Origin: an uncultured Acidimicrobiales bacterium
GTDB lineage: Bacteria > Actinomycetota > Acidimicrobiia > Acidimicrobiales > UBA10347
NCBI GenBank assembly: GCA_943788915.1
Contig: CALSSD010000007.1
Location: 1 to 64,000 of the forward strand
DNA length: 64,000 nt
Direction of reading: 5' to 3'
Within the stretch, counting starts at the first letter, position 1; the number at the start of each line of letters is the position of its first letter. Below, in pieces: positions 20,355-30,934 of the stretch. The notes under the pieces are model-generated. The model did no database searches and was not told the origin of the DNA. It saw only the letters and a program-made list of their open reading frames with translations. Both the position numbers and the translations under genes were made by a program.

Positions 20355-22748
20355 CTAGATCGGCGGGGTGTGGTTGCCTTGCATGGCTTGCCATACCCGT
20401 GATGGGGTCAGTGGCATGTCTGCATGGCGGATGCCGAATGGTTTGAGTGCGTCGACCACCGCGTTCACGACTGCGGCCGGTGAACCAACCGTGGCCGATT
20501 CGCCGATGCCCTTGGCCCCGATCGGGTGATGCGGCGACGGCGTGACCGTGCTGCCGGTTTCCCAGTCGGGTGTCTCGAGCGCCGTCGGGATCAGATAGTC
20601 CATGAGTGAACCACCAAGACAGTTGCCGTCTTCGTCGAACGAGATCATCTCCATAAGTGCCATACCAATGCCGTCGGCGAGGCCGCCGTGCACCTGACCT
20701 TCGATGATCATGGGGTTGATCTGGGTGCCGCAATCGTCGACAGCGATGAAGCGGCGGACCTTGACTTCGGCAGTCCCTGGATCGATATCGACGACACAGA
20801 TGTAGGCGCCGAACGGGTACGTCAGGTTCTCGGGGTTGTAACAGATCTGGGCTTCGAGGCCACCCTCGATGCCTTCAGGAAGATCGCCAGCACCGTGTGC
20901 CTTCATCGCGATGTCCTGGATCGTGACCGACTTGGACGGATCGCCCTTGACATGGAACGAACCCTTGACCCATTCCAGATCAGCCACCGAGACTTCGAGC
21001 ATGCCACTAGCAATGATCTGTGCCTTGTCTTTGACCTTGCGAGCAACGAGCGCCGCGGCAGCACCGGAAACCGGTGTCGAACGGGAGCCGTAGGTACCCA
21101 AACCAAACGGGGTGTTGTCGGTGTCGCCATGAACGACGTCGATGTCTTCGGGCGGGATACCGATCTCTTCGGCGATGATCTGGGCGAAGGTTGTCTCGTG
21201 GCCCTGGCCCTGCGTCTTTACCGACAGTCGCACGACGGCCTTGCCGGTCGGATGCACTCGCAGCTCGCAGCCATCGGCCATACCGAGACCCAAGATGTCC
21301 ATATCCTTACGAGGACCAGCACCCACAGCTTCGGTGAAGAACGTGACGCCGATACCCATCAGTTCGCCATTGGCTCGTTTCTCGACCTGTTCGGCCCGGA
21401 GCTCGTCGTAACCGGCCATGTCAAGCGCCTTGCGCATGGTTGGTTCGTAGTTGCCGGAGTCATACGTCCAGCCGGTTTTGGTCTCGTACGGGAACTGCTC
21501 GGGCTGAATGAAGTTCTTGATCCGAAGTTCGGCTGGGTCCATGTCGAGCTCGTAGGCCAGACAGTCGACCAATCGTTCCACGAAGTACACAGCCTCGGTG
21601 ATGCGGAACGAACAGGCGTAGGCGACACCCCCCGGGGCCTTGTTCGTGTACACGGCCTTCATCGATGAGTACGCCGCTTCGAGGTCATACGAGCCGGTGA
21701 AGACACCGAAGAAACCAGCGGGATACTTGACCGGTGCGGCAACGCCGTTGAAAGCACCATGGTCGGCGAGTACTTCGCCGCGCACCGCAAGGATCTTGCC
21801 GTCTTTGGTGGCGCAGATGTCACCGTTCATCACGTAGTCGCGGGCGAAGCCGGTGGACACCAGGTTCTCGGTGCGGTCTTCCATCCACTTGACCGGCTTG
21901 CCGATCAGCAGGGATGCAACGATCGAACATACGTAACCCGGATAGATGGGCACCTTGTTACCGAAGCCGCCACCGATGTCGGGGGCGATCACTCGAATCT
22001 TATGTTCAGGAATCCCAGCCACCAGCGCGTACACCGTGCGGTGGGCGTGCGGGGCCTGGGTGGTTGACCACAGGGTGAGTTTGCCGGACACCCGTTCCAT
22101 GTCCGCGACGCAGCCGCAGGTCTCCATTGGAGCCGGGTGGACACGGGGGTAGATGATCTCTTGGCTGACGACTACGTCGGCACGAGCGAACGCCGCATCG
22201 GTTTCAGCCGCGTCGCCAGTTTCCCAATCGAAACAATGGTTGTCGGTTTTGCCATCGAGATCGGTGCGGATCACCGCTGTCTCAGGATCCATGGCCTTAC
22301 GCACGTCCATGACCGCAGGCAGGATGTCGTATTCGACCTCGATCAGCTCAAGTGCGTCTCGGGCCGAGTACTTATCTTCGGCGACAACAAAGGCGACCTC
22401 TTGGTACTGAAAACGCACCTTGTCGGTGGCCAACACCGCTTGCACGTCGTTCGACAAGGTCGGCATCCATGCAAGCCCATGTTCGGCCAAGTCAGCGCCC
22501 GTGACGACGGCTACGACCTTGGGGTGTGCTTCGGCTGCGGACTTGTCGATGCTCACGATGTTGGCGTGGGCCACTGGCGATCGCAGGATCGCCAGGTGCA
22601 ACATGCCGGGGAGCACGACGTCGTCGCAGAAGTTGCCCATGCCTCGAACCAGGCGAGCGTCTTCCTTACGGAGCATCTTGCCGAAACCCATCGGGTTACC
22701 TTCGGGCGATAGGCCTTCTGATGACTGGGGATCTTCGGTGACGGTCAT
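20355..22748 (-). CDS. coxL: Aerobic CO dehydrogenase large subunit, form I
   Basis: Form I active-site loop VAYACSFR; GGGFGNK, QGQGHET, GTYGSRS and GAKGIGES motifs; ATGA overlap with coxS. Confidence 0.96.
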   Translation of the reverse strand: MTVTEDPQSSEGLSPEGNPMGFGKMLRKEDARLVRGMGNFCDDVVLPGMLHLAILRSPVAHANIVSIDKSAAEAHPKVVAVVTGADLAEHGLAWMPTLSNDVQAVLATDKVRFQYQEVAFVVAEDKYSARDALELIEVEYDILPAVMDVRKAMDPETAVIRTDLDGKTDNHCFDWETGDAAETDAAFARADVVVSQEIIYPRVHPAPMETCGCVADMERVSGKLTLWSTTQAPHAHRTVYALVAGIPEHKIRVIAPDIGGGFGNKVPIYPGYVCSIVASLLIGKPVKWMEDRTENLVSTGFARDYVMNGDICATKDGKILAVRGEVLADHGAFNGVAAPVKYPAGFFGVFTGSYDLEAAYSSMKAVYTNKAPGGVAYACSFRITEAVYFVERLVDCLAYELDMDPAELRIKNFIQPEQFPYETKTGWTYDSGNYEPTMRKALDMAGYDELRAEQVEKRANGELMGIGVTFFTEAVGAGPRKDMDILGLGMADGCELRVHPTGKAVVRLSVKTQGQGHETTFAQIIAEEIGIPPEDIDVVHGDTDNTPFGLGTYGSRSTPVSGAAAALVARKVKDKAQIIASGMLEVSVADLEWVKGSFHVKGDPSKSVTIQDIAMKAHGAGDLPEGIEGGLEAQICYNPENLTYPFGAYICVVDIDPGTAEVKVRRFIAVDDCGTQINPMIIEGQVHGGLADGIGMALMEMISFDEDGNCLGGSLMDYLIPTALETPDWETGSTVTPSPHHPIGAKGIGESATVGSPAAVVNAVVDALKPFGIRHADMPLTPSRVWQAMQGNHTPPI

Positions 22749-23230
22749 GATGCACTCCCGATAGTGACGGCGGATTCGTAGTTTGCGGCCCACTGCACTG
22801 ATCGCACGATCATCGAGTAGCCGGTGCAGCGACAGATTTGTCCGGAGATGGCCTCGCGGATCTCGTCTTCGCTGGGGTTCGGATTGCGGTCAAGAAGGGC
22901 CCGGCTGGTCATCAACATGCCAGGCGTACAGAAACCGCACTGCAAGCCGTGTTCTTGAATGAACCCTTGTTGTACGGGGTCGAGCACGTTGTCTTGTTCG
23001 AGATCTTCGACGGTGCGGACTCGGTGGCCTTCGGCCATAGCGGCGAGAACGGTACAGCTCTTCACTGGCTCCTCGTCCATCCATACGACACATGTGCCAC
23101 AGTTTGAGGTGTCACAACCCCAGTGGGTGCCGGTCAGGCCCACGGTGTCGCGCAGGAAATGCACGAGCAGCAGGCGACCTTCGATTTCGTGGGTCTGGTC
23201 GACCCCGTTCACGTTGACGGTTACTTCCAT
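22745..23230 (-). CDS. coxS: CO dehydrogenase small (2Fe-2S) subunit
   Basis: GCDTSNCGTC, QCGFCTPG and CRCTGY motifs. Confidence 0.95.
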   Translation of the reverse strand: MEVTVNVNGVDQTHEIEGRLLLVHFLRDTVGLTGTHWGCDTSNCGTCVVWMDEEPVKSCTVLAAMAEGHRVRTVEDLEQDNVLDPVQQGFIQEHGLQCGFCTPGMLMTSRALLDRNPNPSEDEIREAISGQICRCTGYSMIVRSVQWAANYESAVTIGSAS

Positions 23231-23244
23231 GATCAGTCGCTCCT

Positions 23245-24114
23245 TCAGGCTGTGGCTCGGGCGACGGCGTCGCGGAGCGCTCGTTGGGTCAGTTCGTTGG
23301 CCAGGTGGCGCTTGTAGTCGGCGGTGCCTCGTCCGTCGGTTTGGGGATCACACGCAGCGGCGGCGATGGCACCGACCTGGGCGTAGAGCTCCTCGGAGGG
23401 TGTTGCGCCGGCAAGAGCGGCGGCTGCATCGGCAATCGAGTTGGTGTTGGCGCCGACGGCGGCCAGCCCGACTCGGCCTTGGCTGATCGTGCCGTTGTCG
23501 ATCCACACGGCAGCACCGGCCGAGACCACGGCCCAGTCGCCGGCTCGGCGTTCGACCTTGTGATAGGCGCTACTGCCGTTCGGGCGAATAGGAATACGCA
23601 CCTCGGTCAGCATCTCGGCATCGCCCACCGCTGTCTCGTAGGGACCCACGTGGAAGTCGTGCATTGACACGACCCGTTCGCCGCTGCTGCTGCGGATGAC
23701 ACACTCGGCGTCCAGCGTCGAACACACCGCTGACAGGTCCTCGGACGGATCGGCTTGACACAGTGAACCGCCGATGGTGCCCCGGTTTCGCACGACCGGG
23801 TCGGCGATGACCTTCTCGGCATCGCGGAAGATGGGGAAGGCAGCAGCCAGCTCCTCGGATTCGAGCAGCTCACGATGCCGGGTCATAGCGCCTATGTACA
23901 TCGTGTCGCCTTCGGTGCGGATGTACCCGAGTTCATCAGCAAGATCGTTGATGTCGATGATGTATTCGGGATTTGCTAGCCGAAGCCGCATCATCGGCAG
24001 CAGGCTGTGCCCGCCTGCGATGAGCCGGGCTTCGGAGCCCAGACGTTCGAGTAAATCGATCGCGTGATCGACGCTGGTAGCCCGTTCGTATTCGAACGGA
24101 GCAGGTACTTGCAT
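23245..24114 (-). CDS. coxM: CO dehydrogenase medium (FAD) subunit
   Basis: MQVPAPFEY, AGGHSLLPMM and VRNRGTIGGS motifs; start placed at ATG 24114. Confidence 0.93.
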   Translation of the reverse strand: MQVPAPFEYERATSVDHAIDLLERLGSEARLIAGGHSLLPMMRLRLANPEYIIDINDLADELGYIRTEGDTMYIGAMTRHRELLESEELAAAFPIFRDAEKVIADPVVRNRGTIGGSLCQADPSEDLSAVCSTLDAECVIRSSSGERVVSMHDFHVGPYETAVGDAEMLTEVRIPIRPNGSSAYHKVERRAGDWAVVSAGAAVWIDNGTISQGRVGLAAVGANTNSIADAAAALAGATPSEELYAQVGAIAAAACDPQTDGRGTADYKRHLANELTQRALRDAVARATA

Positions 24115-24162
24115 GACGACAACCCCCCGGTTGGTGCTTGTGCGACCACCCTGCCCCGAACT

Positions 24163-24176
24163 TTGACTAGGGTCAA
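24163..24176. promoter_or_regulatory. Palindrome TTGAC-N4-GTCAA (Crp/Fnr-like site)
   Basis: ttgac-tagg-gtcaa in the coxM/LysR intergenic region. Confidence 0.45.
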
Positions 24177-24182
24177 GCCGAC

Positions 24183-24198
24183 TTAAGAGGATCCTTAA
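24183..24198. promoter_or_regulatory. CutR-type inverted repeat TTAAG-N6-CTTAA
   Basis: ttaag-aggatc-cttaa between divergent coxM and LysR. Matches, from recall, the motif described upstream of mycobacterial cutBCA. Confidence 0.75.
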
Positions 24199-24229
24199 TT
24201 CACTCTCACAGCCCACAAGGCATCGAGGC

Positions 24230-25171
24230 TTGATGACTCCAACCCAACTCTGCAGTTTCGCCACGGTCGTCCGTCTTGGAACCGTACGCGCCGCAGCCGC
24301 CGAGCTGGGCGTCTCCGAGGCAGCGGTCTCGGGCAACGTTGGCGCTCTGCGCAAAGAACTCGACGACCGACTGTTCCATCCGTCGCACAGTGGTCTCGTT
24401 TTCACACCCGGAGGAATCCGGTTGGCACAGCGAGCAGTGGAGATGTTGGGCTTGCAGGAACAGACACGCCGCGAGGTCAGCGATGCTCACGGCGGGCGTC
24501 GCCACCTCCGTGTCGTAGCCACGTCACTGTTCGCCGAGTACGCGGCACCGGGATTGATCGAGGCCTTCTCGACGCGCGCCGACGACCTTGAAGTCGAACT
24601 CGTCGTTGACTCCTCGGACCGCTTCGACGAACTGCTGCTCAGTCACACGGCCGATGTCGTGATCGGCCCGCTCCCCCAAAAGACCACGACCGACGGACTA
24701 ACGGCGACCGAGTTTTTACGGTACGGGGTTGTTGGTGTGTGCACACCCGAGGTTGCGGCCGGCGACCTGGCTCGTGCCCAATGGCATCTTGGGCCGTCCG
24801 CCGTTGAGCCAGCAGGAGTGTCGAAGACGATCGTCGAACGGATGCGAGTCGACGAGAACAACCAACGCATCTACACCAGCCATGCAGCGGCGCTCGCCCA
24901 AGCTCGCGACGGCAATGGCTTGGCGCTGGTACCGAAGTTCGTGGCCGACCGCTCAACCGCTAATGGCGAACTCGTACTTGTCGACGACCGGCGCTGCGCA
25001 GCGACCGGCACGTGGACGGCTCGCAGCTGGCGCGGCGACAGAGCATCGAGCGCGGCTCGAGAACTCATGCGTTTCGTGACCACACCACGAGCCATCCAGG
25101 CCATGCTCGCTGGCTCCGGTTCACGCATCGGCCGCTTCAAACCCCGGGTCCACATCACACTCTGGAGCTGA
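24230..25171 (+). CDS. cutR: LysR family regulator of the CO dehydrogenase operon (CutR-like)
   Basis: MTPTQLCSFATVVRLGTVRAAAAELGVSEAAVS HTH; C-terminal F.PRVHITLWS; divergent from coxMSL. Confidence 0.8.
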   Translation: MMTPTQLCSFATVVRLGTVRAAAAELGVSEAAVSGNVGALRKELDDRLFHPSHSGLVFTPGGIRLAQRAVEMLGLQEQTRREVSDAHGGRRHLRVVATSLFAEYAAPGLIEAFSTRADDLEVELVVDSSDRFDELLLSHTADVVIGPLPQKTTTDGLTATEFLRYGVVGVCTPEVAAGDLARAQWHLGPSAVEPAGVSKTIVERMRVDENNQRIYTSHAAALAQARDGNGLALVPKFVADRSTANGELVLVDDRRCAATGTWTARSWRGDRASSAARELMRFVTTPRAIQAMLAGSGSRIGRFKPRVHITLWS

Positions 25172-25217
25172 AGGTCGCCAGCATCTGGTTTTGTTACGTC
25201 CCGGAGTGACCACTTGG

Positions 25218-26721
25218 CTAGCTGGAACGACGACCGGACTCGACATCATTGAGATCCAGATGGTTGCGCATGTACTGACCGGTTGCGTCGGTCGTTGGTT
25301 GGAAGTCCCAGGCCGAGTACCGACCCTTGCGGAGCGCATGGTCGACAACCCGTCGATCAGCTTGGCTATCGAGCACGTCGACCAGTATCTGCGACATGTT
25401 CCACCGGTCTTTTGCTTCGGATCGGAAACTCGCGACATCGGCCAGGTACTCGACCGAGTCAACGACATTGTTCAGCTCATGCGGATCAACGCTCAGGTCA
25501 TACAGCTGGTCACCGTCGGGCTGGCTGTAGATGTATTTGAGTTTGCCTCTGCGGAGCATGAAGATCGGGGCCACCGCGCCCTCGCCTAGATACTCCCCCT
25601 CCACTGTCCGCAACGTGTCTTCGAAGCCGCCAAGCTGCGGGAGCAGACTGTGACCGTCCATTGCGCTCGGCGCCTCGATACCAGCCATGTCGAGCAACGT
25701 CGGCGCAATGTCGAGCAGGCTCGACAGGGTGGCCACCCGAGATGCACGGAAACGGGTCGGCGAGTGCACGATGAGTGGGATTCGAGCGCTGTGTTCGAAG
25801 AAGTTCATCTTGTACCAGAGGCCCCTCTCACCCAGCATGTCGCCGTGATCTGCGGTAAACACGATGATCGTGTCGTCGGCCAGTCCGTGGTAGTTGAGCG
25901 TGTCCACGATCTGCCCGACCCAGTGATCGACGTAGGAGCAGTTGGCGAGATAGGCGCGGCGCGCGGCCAGGATCTGTTCGTCGGTGACGTGGGTTGTGGT
26001 CGGCGCAGATGACCTTGCGTAACCGGACGCTATGCGGGTCGAGCTCATCATCAGCGATCGGGCCGACAGTTGGCATCGGGATATCGACATCGTCGTACAG
26101 ATCCCAGAACTCTTGGCGAGCGACATAGGGGTCGTGCGGATGTGTGAACGACGCGGTAACCATGAACGGGCGTTCATCCTGGGTTCGTGCCAGGTCGCGC
26201 AACTTGCGGATCGTACGGAAGCCGACCTCGTCGTCATAGTCGAGCTGGTTGGTGGCGTCGGCAACTCCGGCGTGGGTCACGCTGTCCAGGTTGTGGAACC
26301 ACCAGTCGAAGCGGCCGTCAGGGTCGAGCCAGTTCGGGGTCCACCCAAAGTCAGCCGGATAGATATCGGTCGTCAGCCGTTCTTCGTAGCCGTGCAGCTG
26401 GTCGGGACCAACGAAATGCATCTTGCCAACGAGTGACGTTTGATAACCAGCCGAGCGCAGATAGTGCGCAAACGTCGGCACCGTCGAGGCGAACTCCGAC
26501 GCATTGTCATAGGCACCGATTTTGTGATTCTGCTGGCCAGCCATCATCGCGAACCGAGCGGGCGCGCACAGTGGCGAATTGCTGTACGTCGACTCGAAGA
26601 CCACACCGTCGGCTGCCAGCCGGTCGATCGCCGGGGCAATCGCTGGCCCACCCCACGGTGCCATGAACGGCGCTGCCATCTGATCCGCCATGATCAGCAC
26701 GATGTTCGGTTGCGTCGTCAT
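25218..26721 (-). CDS. betC: Choline sulfatase, frameshift ~25995
   Basis: PNIVLIMADQ, SPLCAPAR (CxPxR), GKMHFVGPDQLHGYEERLTTDIYPADFGWTP, DHGDMLGERGLWYKM and YMRNHLDL, in two overlapping ORFs. Confidence 0.9.
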
Positions 26722-26808
26722 CGCCACACTATGCCCAGATTATTGCCCCTCGGGCACGCCTTCCCCGCCAGGAAACGGGGTTCGCGAAACCTCCGCTGAC
26801 GGCCTGAA

Positions 26809-26833
26809 GCATGCATGCATAATGCATGCATGC
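26809..26833. promoter_or_regulatory. Perfect 12-bp inverted repeat operator overlapping the -10 and start codon of the TA operon
   Basis: gcatgcatgcat-a-atgcatgcatgc contains CATAAT (26818-26823) and the ATG at 26830. Confidence 0.7.
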
Positions 26834-27060
26834 CCAACGTTCAGATCCGAGAAGTGCCCGACGACGTTCACAACGAGCTGGTTCGACGAGCCGAACGCGC
26901 TGGCCAGTCGCTGCAGCAGTATCTGTCAGCACAGTTGGCCTCGATCGCTGCCACCCCGACGCTCGACGACGTACTCGAGCGAATTGAGAACCGATCGAAG
27001 GGTCAGCTGTCGAAGGCTGACGCCGTCTCTGCTCTTGAGGACGAACGTGCTCGTCGTTGA
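26830..27060 (+). CDS. Ribbon-helix-helix antitoxin (FitA/VapB-like)
   Basis: MPNVQIREVPDDVHNELVRRAERAGQSLQQYL; overlaps the downstream PIN gene. Confidence 0.85.
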   Translation: MPNVQIREVPDDVHNELVRRAERAGQSLQQYLSAQLASIAATPTLDDVLERIENRSKGQLSKADAVSALEDERARR

Positions 27061-27435
27061 CGCTTCTGTTATCGCCCCGGCCATCGCCGACGGCGGCCCC
27101 GATGGGGACGCGTGTCGGATGCGAATCAAAGGTCAATCGCTTGCTGCGCCCGATTTGCTCCGGCTGGAAACAATGTCGGTGCTTCCCGGCACCTAGCTAA
27201 AGGCTCCTTTACGTCAAATCAGGCGGACAACGCCGTGCAGGACTTGCTGCACGTTCCACTCGTTGTCTACCCCACGGCACCGCTACTGCGCCGCGAATGG
27301 GAGCTACGCGACAACGTGACCGCCTATGACTCGTGTTACGTCGTTCTCGCCGAAGCCTTAGGCTGCCCACTGGTCACCGCCGACCAACGCCTCGCCAATG
27401 CGCCAGATACGCGCTGTCAGTTCGATGTCGTCTAG
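27047..27435 (+). CDS. vapC: PIN domain toxin (VapC), frameshift ~27190
   Basis: VLVVDASV...APDLLRLE in one frame; WELRDNVTAYDSCYVVLAEALGCPLVTADQRLA in the next. Confidence 0.85.
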
Positions 27436-27665
27436 CTACAAACTTGCCACCCACGGTCGCTGCTGACAACAACACCGAGTGATCGGGCCGCTCGTAACGC
27501 CGGAGACGCAGCGCACGTGTTCGGATTGAGCTCGCGAGTATCAGCGGGCTCGAGGTATCGAGCACATGGTCGATAGCTCTCAACCAACCGGCCGACCGAC
27601 CCTGTCGGAAACTAGTTAATGGAAGCCGGGATGTCTGGAATCACACCGTTGGAGAGTGCACCCCA

Positions 27666-29336
27666 CTACGCGAAGCGGCCGGCGTCGGGTGCCCGGTAGA
27701 CGTCGACTTCTTCGGCCGGAAGTTGGACCTGGCCAAGGATCATGTCGGCACATCGCTCGGCGATCATCATGACTGGTGCATAGATGTTGCCGTTGGTGAC
27801 ATTTGGCATGACGGATGCGTCGCAGACTCGCAGACCTTCGACGCCGTGCACTCGCAATGTCGCTGGGTCAACAACGGCCATGTCATCGGTTCCCATACGG
27901 GCGGTGCACGATGGGTGCAAGGCCGTCTCGGAATCAGACGCCACCCATTTGAGAATCTCTTCGTCGGTCTCGACCGATGGCCCTGGTGACACTTCGCCGC
28001 CGTTGTACTTCTCGAACGCCGGTTGCGTCAGCACCCGGCGAGCAGTGCGCACTGCTTCGATCCACTCTTTGCGATCATTGCCCGTCGACAGATAGTTGAA
28101 CTGCACTGCGGGGTGTTCACGCGGATTCGTGGTTTTGATCTTGACCGTGCCACGGACATCGCTATACATCGGGCCAACGTGCACCTGGTAGCCGTGGCCC
28201 TCGGTGGCCTCTGACCCGTCGTACCGGATCGCAATCGGCAGGAAGTGGAACATCAGGTTGGGGTACTCAACCTGGTCGTTGCTGCGTAGGAACGCGCCAG
28301 CTTCGAAGTGGTTGGTCGCCGCTGGTCCCCGCCGGAAGAGCCATTGCAAGCCAATAAAAGGCATACGCCATGTGGCGTTGTACGGCTGCATGGAAACCGG
28401 TTCCTTGCACGCGTACTGGATATAGACCTCGAGATGATCCTGCAAGTTTTCGCCCACGCCCGGTAGTGCCGAAACGACATCGATACCGAGTGACTTCAGG
28501 TGGTCCGGGTCGCCGATTCCTGACAGCTGCAATAACTGCGGCGAGTTGAACGCGCCACCACAGCTGATGATCTCGGTGCCGCGAACTGTGTGGGTGCGGC
28601 GACCTCGGCGGTACTCGACCCCCACGGCTCGATTGCCTTCGAACACAATCTTGTTGGCTTGGGCCAACGTGAGCAGGGTGAGGTTTGCTCGGTCAAGCAC
28701 CGGGTGCAGGTACGCACGGGCGGCGCTCAGGCGACGGCCTCGGACCACGTTCTTGTCGAAGACCGCGAAACCTTCCTGCTGGTAGCCGTTCACGTCGCTC
28801 GTGCTGTGGAAACCGGCTTGAGGGCCAGCTTCGAGCCACGCGTTGAACAGTGGATTCCCGGCCGGTCCGGTCTCGAGCTTGAGCGGGCCGTCCTCGCCTC
28901 GCCATTCGTCGCCGCCAACCAGGCGATTTTCCATTCGTTTGAAGTACGGCAAGCAGTTCTCGTACGCCCAGTGCTCCATACCCGGCTCGGCGGCCCACTT
29001 GTCATAATCCATGGGATTACCCCGCTGGAAGATCATGCCGTTGATGCTGCTGCTGCCGCCAAGGACCTTGCCACGAGCGTGATACACCTTGCGGCCGTTC
29101 ATGAACGGCTCGGGTTCGCTCTCGTACTTCCAGTCGTAGAACCGGCTGCCGATCGGGTAGGTCAGCGCCGCTGGCATGTGGATGAAGACATCCCACTTCC
29201 AGTCCTTGCGCCCCGCTTCGATCACCAGCACTTCGTTGGCAGGGTCGGCGCTCAGTCGGTTTGCCAACGCACACCCAGCGGACCCACCGCCGATGATGAT
29301 GTAGTCATAGGTCTTGTCGGTAACTACGTGACGCAT
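27666..29336 (-). CDS. betA: Choline dehydrogenase (GMC oxidoreductase)
   Basis: [57 protein letters not shown] and NGNIYAP motifs. Confidence 0.92.
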   Translation of the reverse strand: MRHVVTDKTYDYIIIGGGSAGCALANRLSADPANEVLVIEAGRKDWKWDVFIHMPAALTYPIGSRFYDWKYESEPEPFMNGRKVYHARGKVLGGSSSINGMIFQRGNPMDYDKWAAEPGMEHWAYENCLPYFKRMENRLVGGDEWRGEDGPLKLETGPAGNPLFNAWLEAGPQAGFHSTSDVNGYQQEGFAVFDKNVVRGRRLSAARAYLHPVLDRANLTLLTLAQANKIVFEGNRAVGVEYRRGRRTHTVRGTEIISCGGAFNSPQLLQLSGIGDPDHLKSLGIDVVSALPGVGENLQDHLEVYIQYACKEPVSMQPYNATWRMPFIGLQWLFRRGPAATNHFEAGAFLRSNDQVEYPNLMFHFLPIAIRYDGSEATEGHGYQVHVGPMYSDVRGTVKIKTTNPREHPAVQFNYLSTGNDRKEWIEAVRTARRVLTQPAFEKYNGGEVSPGPSVETDEEILKWVASDSETALHPSCTARMGTDDMAVVDPATLRVHGVEGLRVCDASVMPNVTNGNIYAPVMMIAERCADMILGQVQLPAEEVDVYRAPDAGRFA

Positions 29337-29440
29337 TTTCTTCAACGAACCTGCCACCTGGGCTCCCCATTACTGGATTCAGAAACCGTCTGACCAGCAC
29401 CGTAAGTGGCAGCAGAGGCTCTCGCAACCTGCGACTCCGG

Positions 29441-29974
29441 CTACTCGCCTACCACCGAGTCAATAAATGACTCCGCCACCAAGAAGCGAGCAGCACTCGA
29501 TTCGAGCGCTTGCAGCTGTTCAACCGCAAAGACCAGCCCTTCGGACATCGCCTGGTATTCGCGAGCGGCTGCATCTCGCCTGACTTGATCAGGTACCTGG
29601 TGACGTACAAAATCGATCCCTACCGAAATCTCGTTGCCCGGCACCGTGGCCCCCACCTGTGGCACAAAACCACGACTCGCCGCCTGCTCTAGCGACGCGC
29701 TCAACGCTGCGAGAGCAACGGGCTCATCAAAGGCGACCGTGACCTGACCAGTCGCCTCAACTGATTCGAGTCGATCGGCAGCGGTGGCGAACGACCGCAC
29801 TGATTCATCACCCTGAGTGAGTACATCAAGAAACGCCGATACGGAATTCCCTCGATGAATCTCACCATGCGTCACGTTCTCAGCACACCGTTGTGCGACA
29901 CCGGCTGAGAGGCCCACGACGCGGCACGACCGATATATCAAGTCTGTTATTTCGCGTGGGGCTACTCGCATCAC
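29441..29974 (-). CDS. Hypothetical protein, possibly DUF3726-like
   Basis: 177 aa, abuts the dipeptidase stop. The N-terminal MRVAPREITDLIYRSCRVVGLSAGVAQRCA pattern recalls DUF3726. Confidence 0.6.
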   Translation of the reverse strand: MMRVAPREITDLIYRSCRVVGLSAGVAQRCAENVTHGEIHRGNSVSAFLDVLTQGDESVRSFATAADRLESVEATGQVTVAFDEPVALAALSASLEQAASRGFVPQVGATVPGNEISVGIDFVRHQVPDQVRRDAAAREYQAMSEGLVFAVEQLQALESSAARFLVAESFIDSVVGE

Positions 29975-30934
29975 CTAGTCGGCGGTTCCACGAAACACCG
30001 TTTCAAACAGTCGAAGCCAATTGCCACCCATCACGCCATCGCGTTCAACCTCAGAGAAACCGATTTCGTCGAGCCCATGAGCCAGGTTGGCAAAATCTTG
30101 CGGACCGGAAAACCAGGCAGGCCAAGGCGGAAACACTGGGATCTCCGACGGCTCGGGACGGTCCCAGCGCCCACTGCGCATCCACCCGAGTGCATCTGAC
30201 TGCCACCCCACAACTGCGTCGGAGCCAATAGCGACGTGCTCAGCTCCAACCCGGTCGGCGAGAGCCGCAAGCATCGAGCAGTACTCGTTCAGCGTCACGT
30301 CGGCACCGCCCATGAACAAGGGATATAACGTGCACCCAATCACACCACCGCGACCGGCAACGGCATCGATGACCGCATCCGGTTTGTTCCGCGGCGAATC
30401 ACAGAAAGATCGCTGGTTGCCGTGCGTGACCGCGATTGGCAGGGCCGAGGCATGAACAGCATCAAGCCCGGTTACGTCGCCCACATGAGAAATATCTATG
30501 AGCACGCCGGCGTCGTTGAGCGCTTCGACCATACGATGCCCAACTCGGGTCAAACCGGCGTCCCTCGGTTCCCAGCAACTTGAACCCAAGTGGTTGGCGA
30601 TGTTGTACGTCAACTGCACAACCCGGACTCCGACATCAGCAAACATCTGCGCCATCTCGGGGTCGTCGCCGAGCATCGTGGAGTTCTGAAATCCCAGAAC
30701 GATGCCCAGCACGTCGTCGGCAACGGCCTGTCGGATTTCGTCGACGCTGCCAACGATGCGGACTATGTCGCTGTTCTGGCGACACAGGTTCCGAAAGGCA
30801 CCAATCCGGGTCATCGCCCCGCCGAGGTCCTCCCACACACCCACAGTTGCATGCACGATGTTCACGCCACCTGAGCGCACGGTGCGGATCACCTCACGAG
30901 ACCAATCATTGATCTGTAGGCCGTCGATGATCAT
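29975..30934 (-). CDS. Membrane dipeptidase (M19) family amidohydrolase, PA5396-like subgroup
   Basis: IIDGLQ, GFQN, QLTYN, DISH, THGN, RNKPD, IGSD and GGNWLR motifs; ATGA overlap with the upstream gene. Confidence 0.88.
   Translation of the reverse strand: MIIDGLQINDWSREVIRTVRSGGVNIVHATVGVWEDLGGAMTRIGAFRNLCRQNSDIVRIVGSVDEIRQAVADDVLGIVLGFQNSTMLGDDPEMAQMFADVGVRVVQLTYNIANHLGSSCWEPRDAGLTRVGHRMVEALNDAGVLIDISHVGDVTGLDAVHASALPIAVTHGNQRSFCDSPRNKPDAVIDAVAGRGGVIGCTLYPLFMGGADVTLNEYCSMLAALADRVGAEHVAIGSDAVVGWQSDALGWMRSGRWDRPEPSEIPVFPPWPAWFSGPQDFANLAHGLDEIGFSEVERDGVMGGNWLRLFETVFRGTAD

Noticed and set aside
20688..21668. Long antisense ORFs (326 aa opposite coxL, 267 aa opposite betA, 300 aa at 49745, and others)
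   Set aside because: Shadow ORFs expected from high-GC codon bias opposite well-supported genes.
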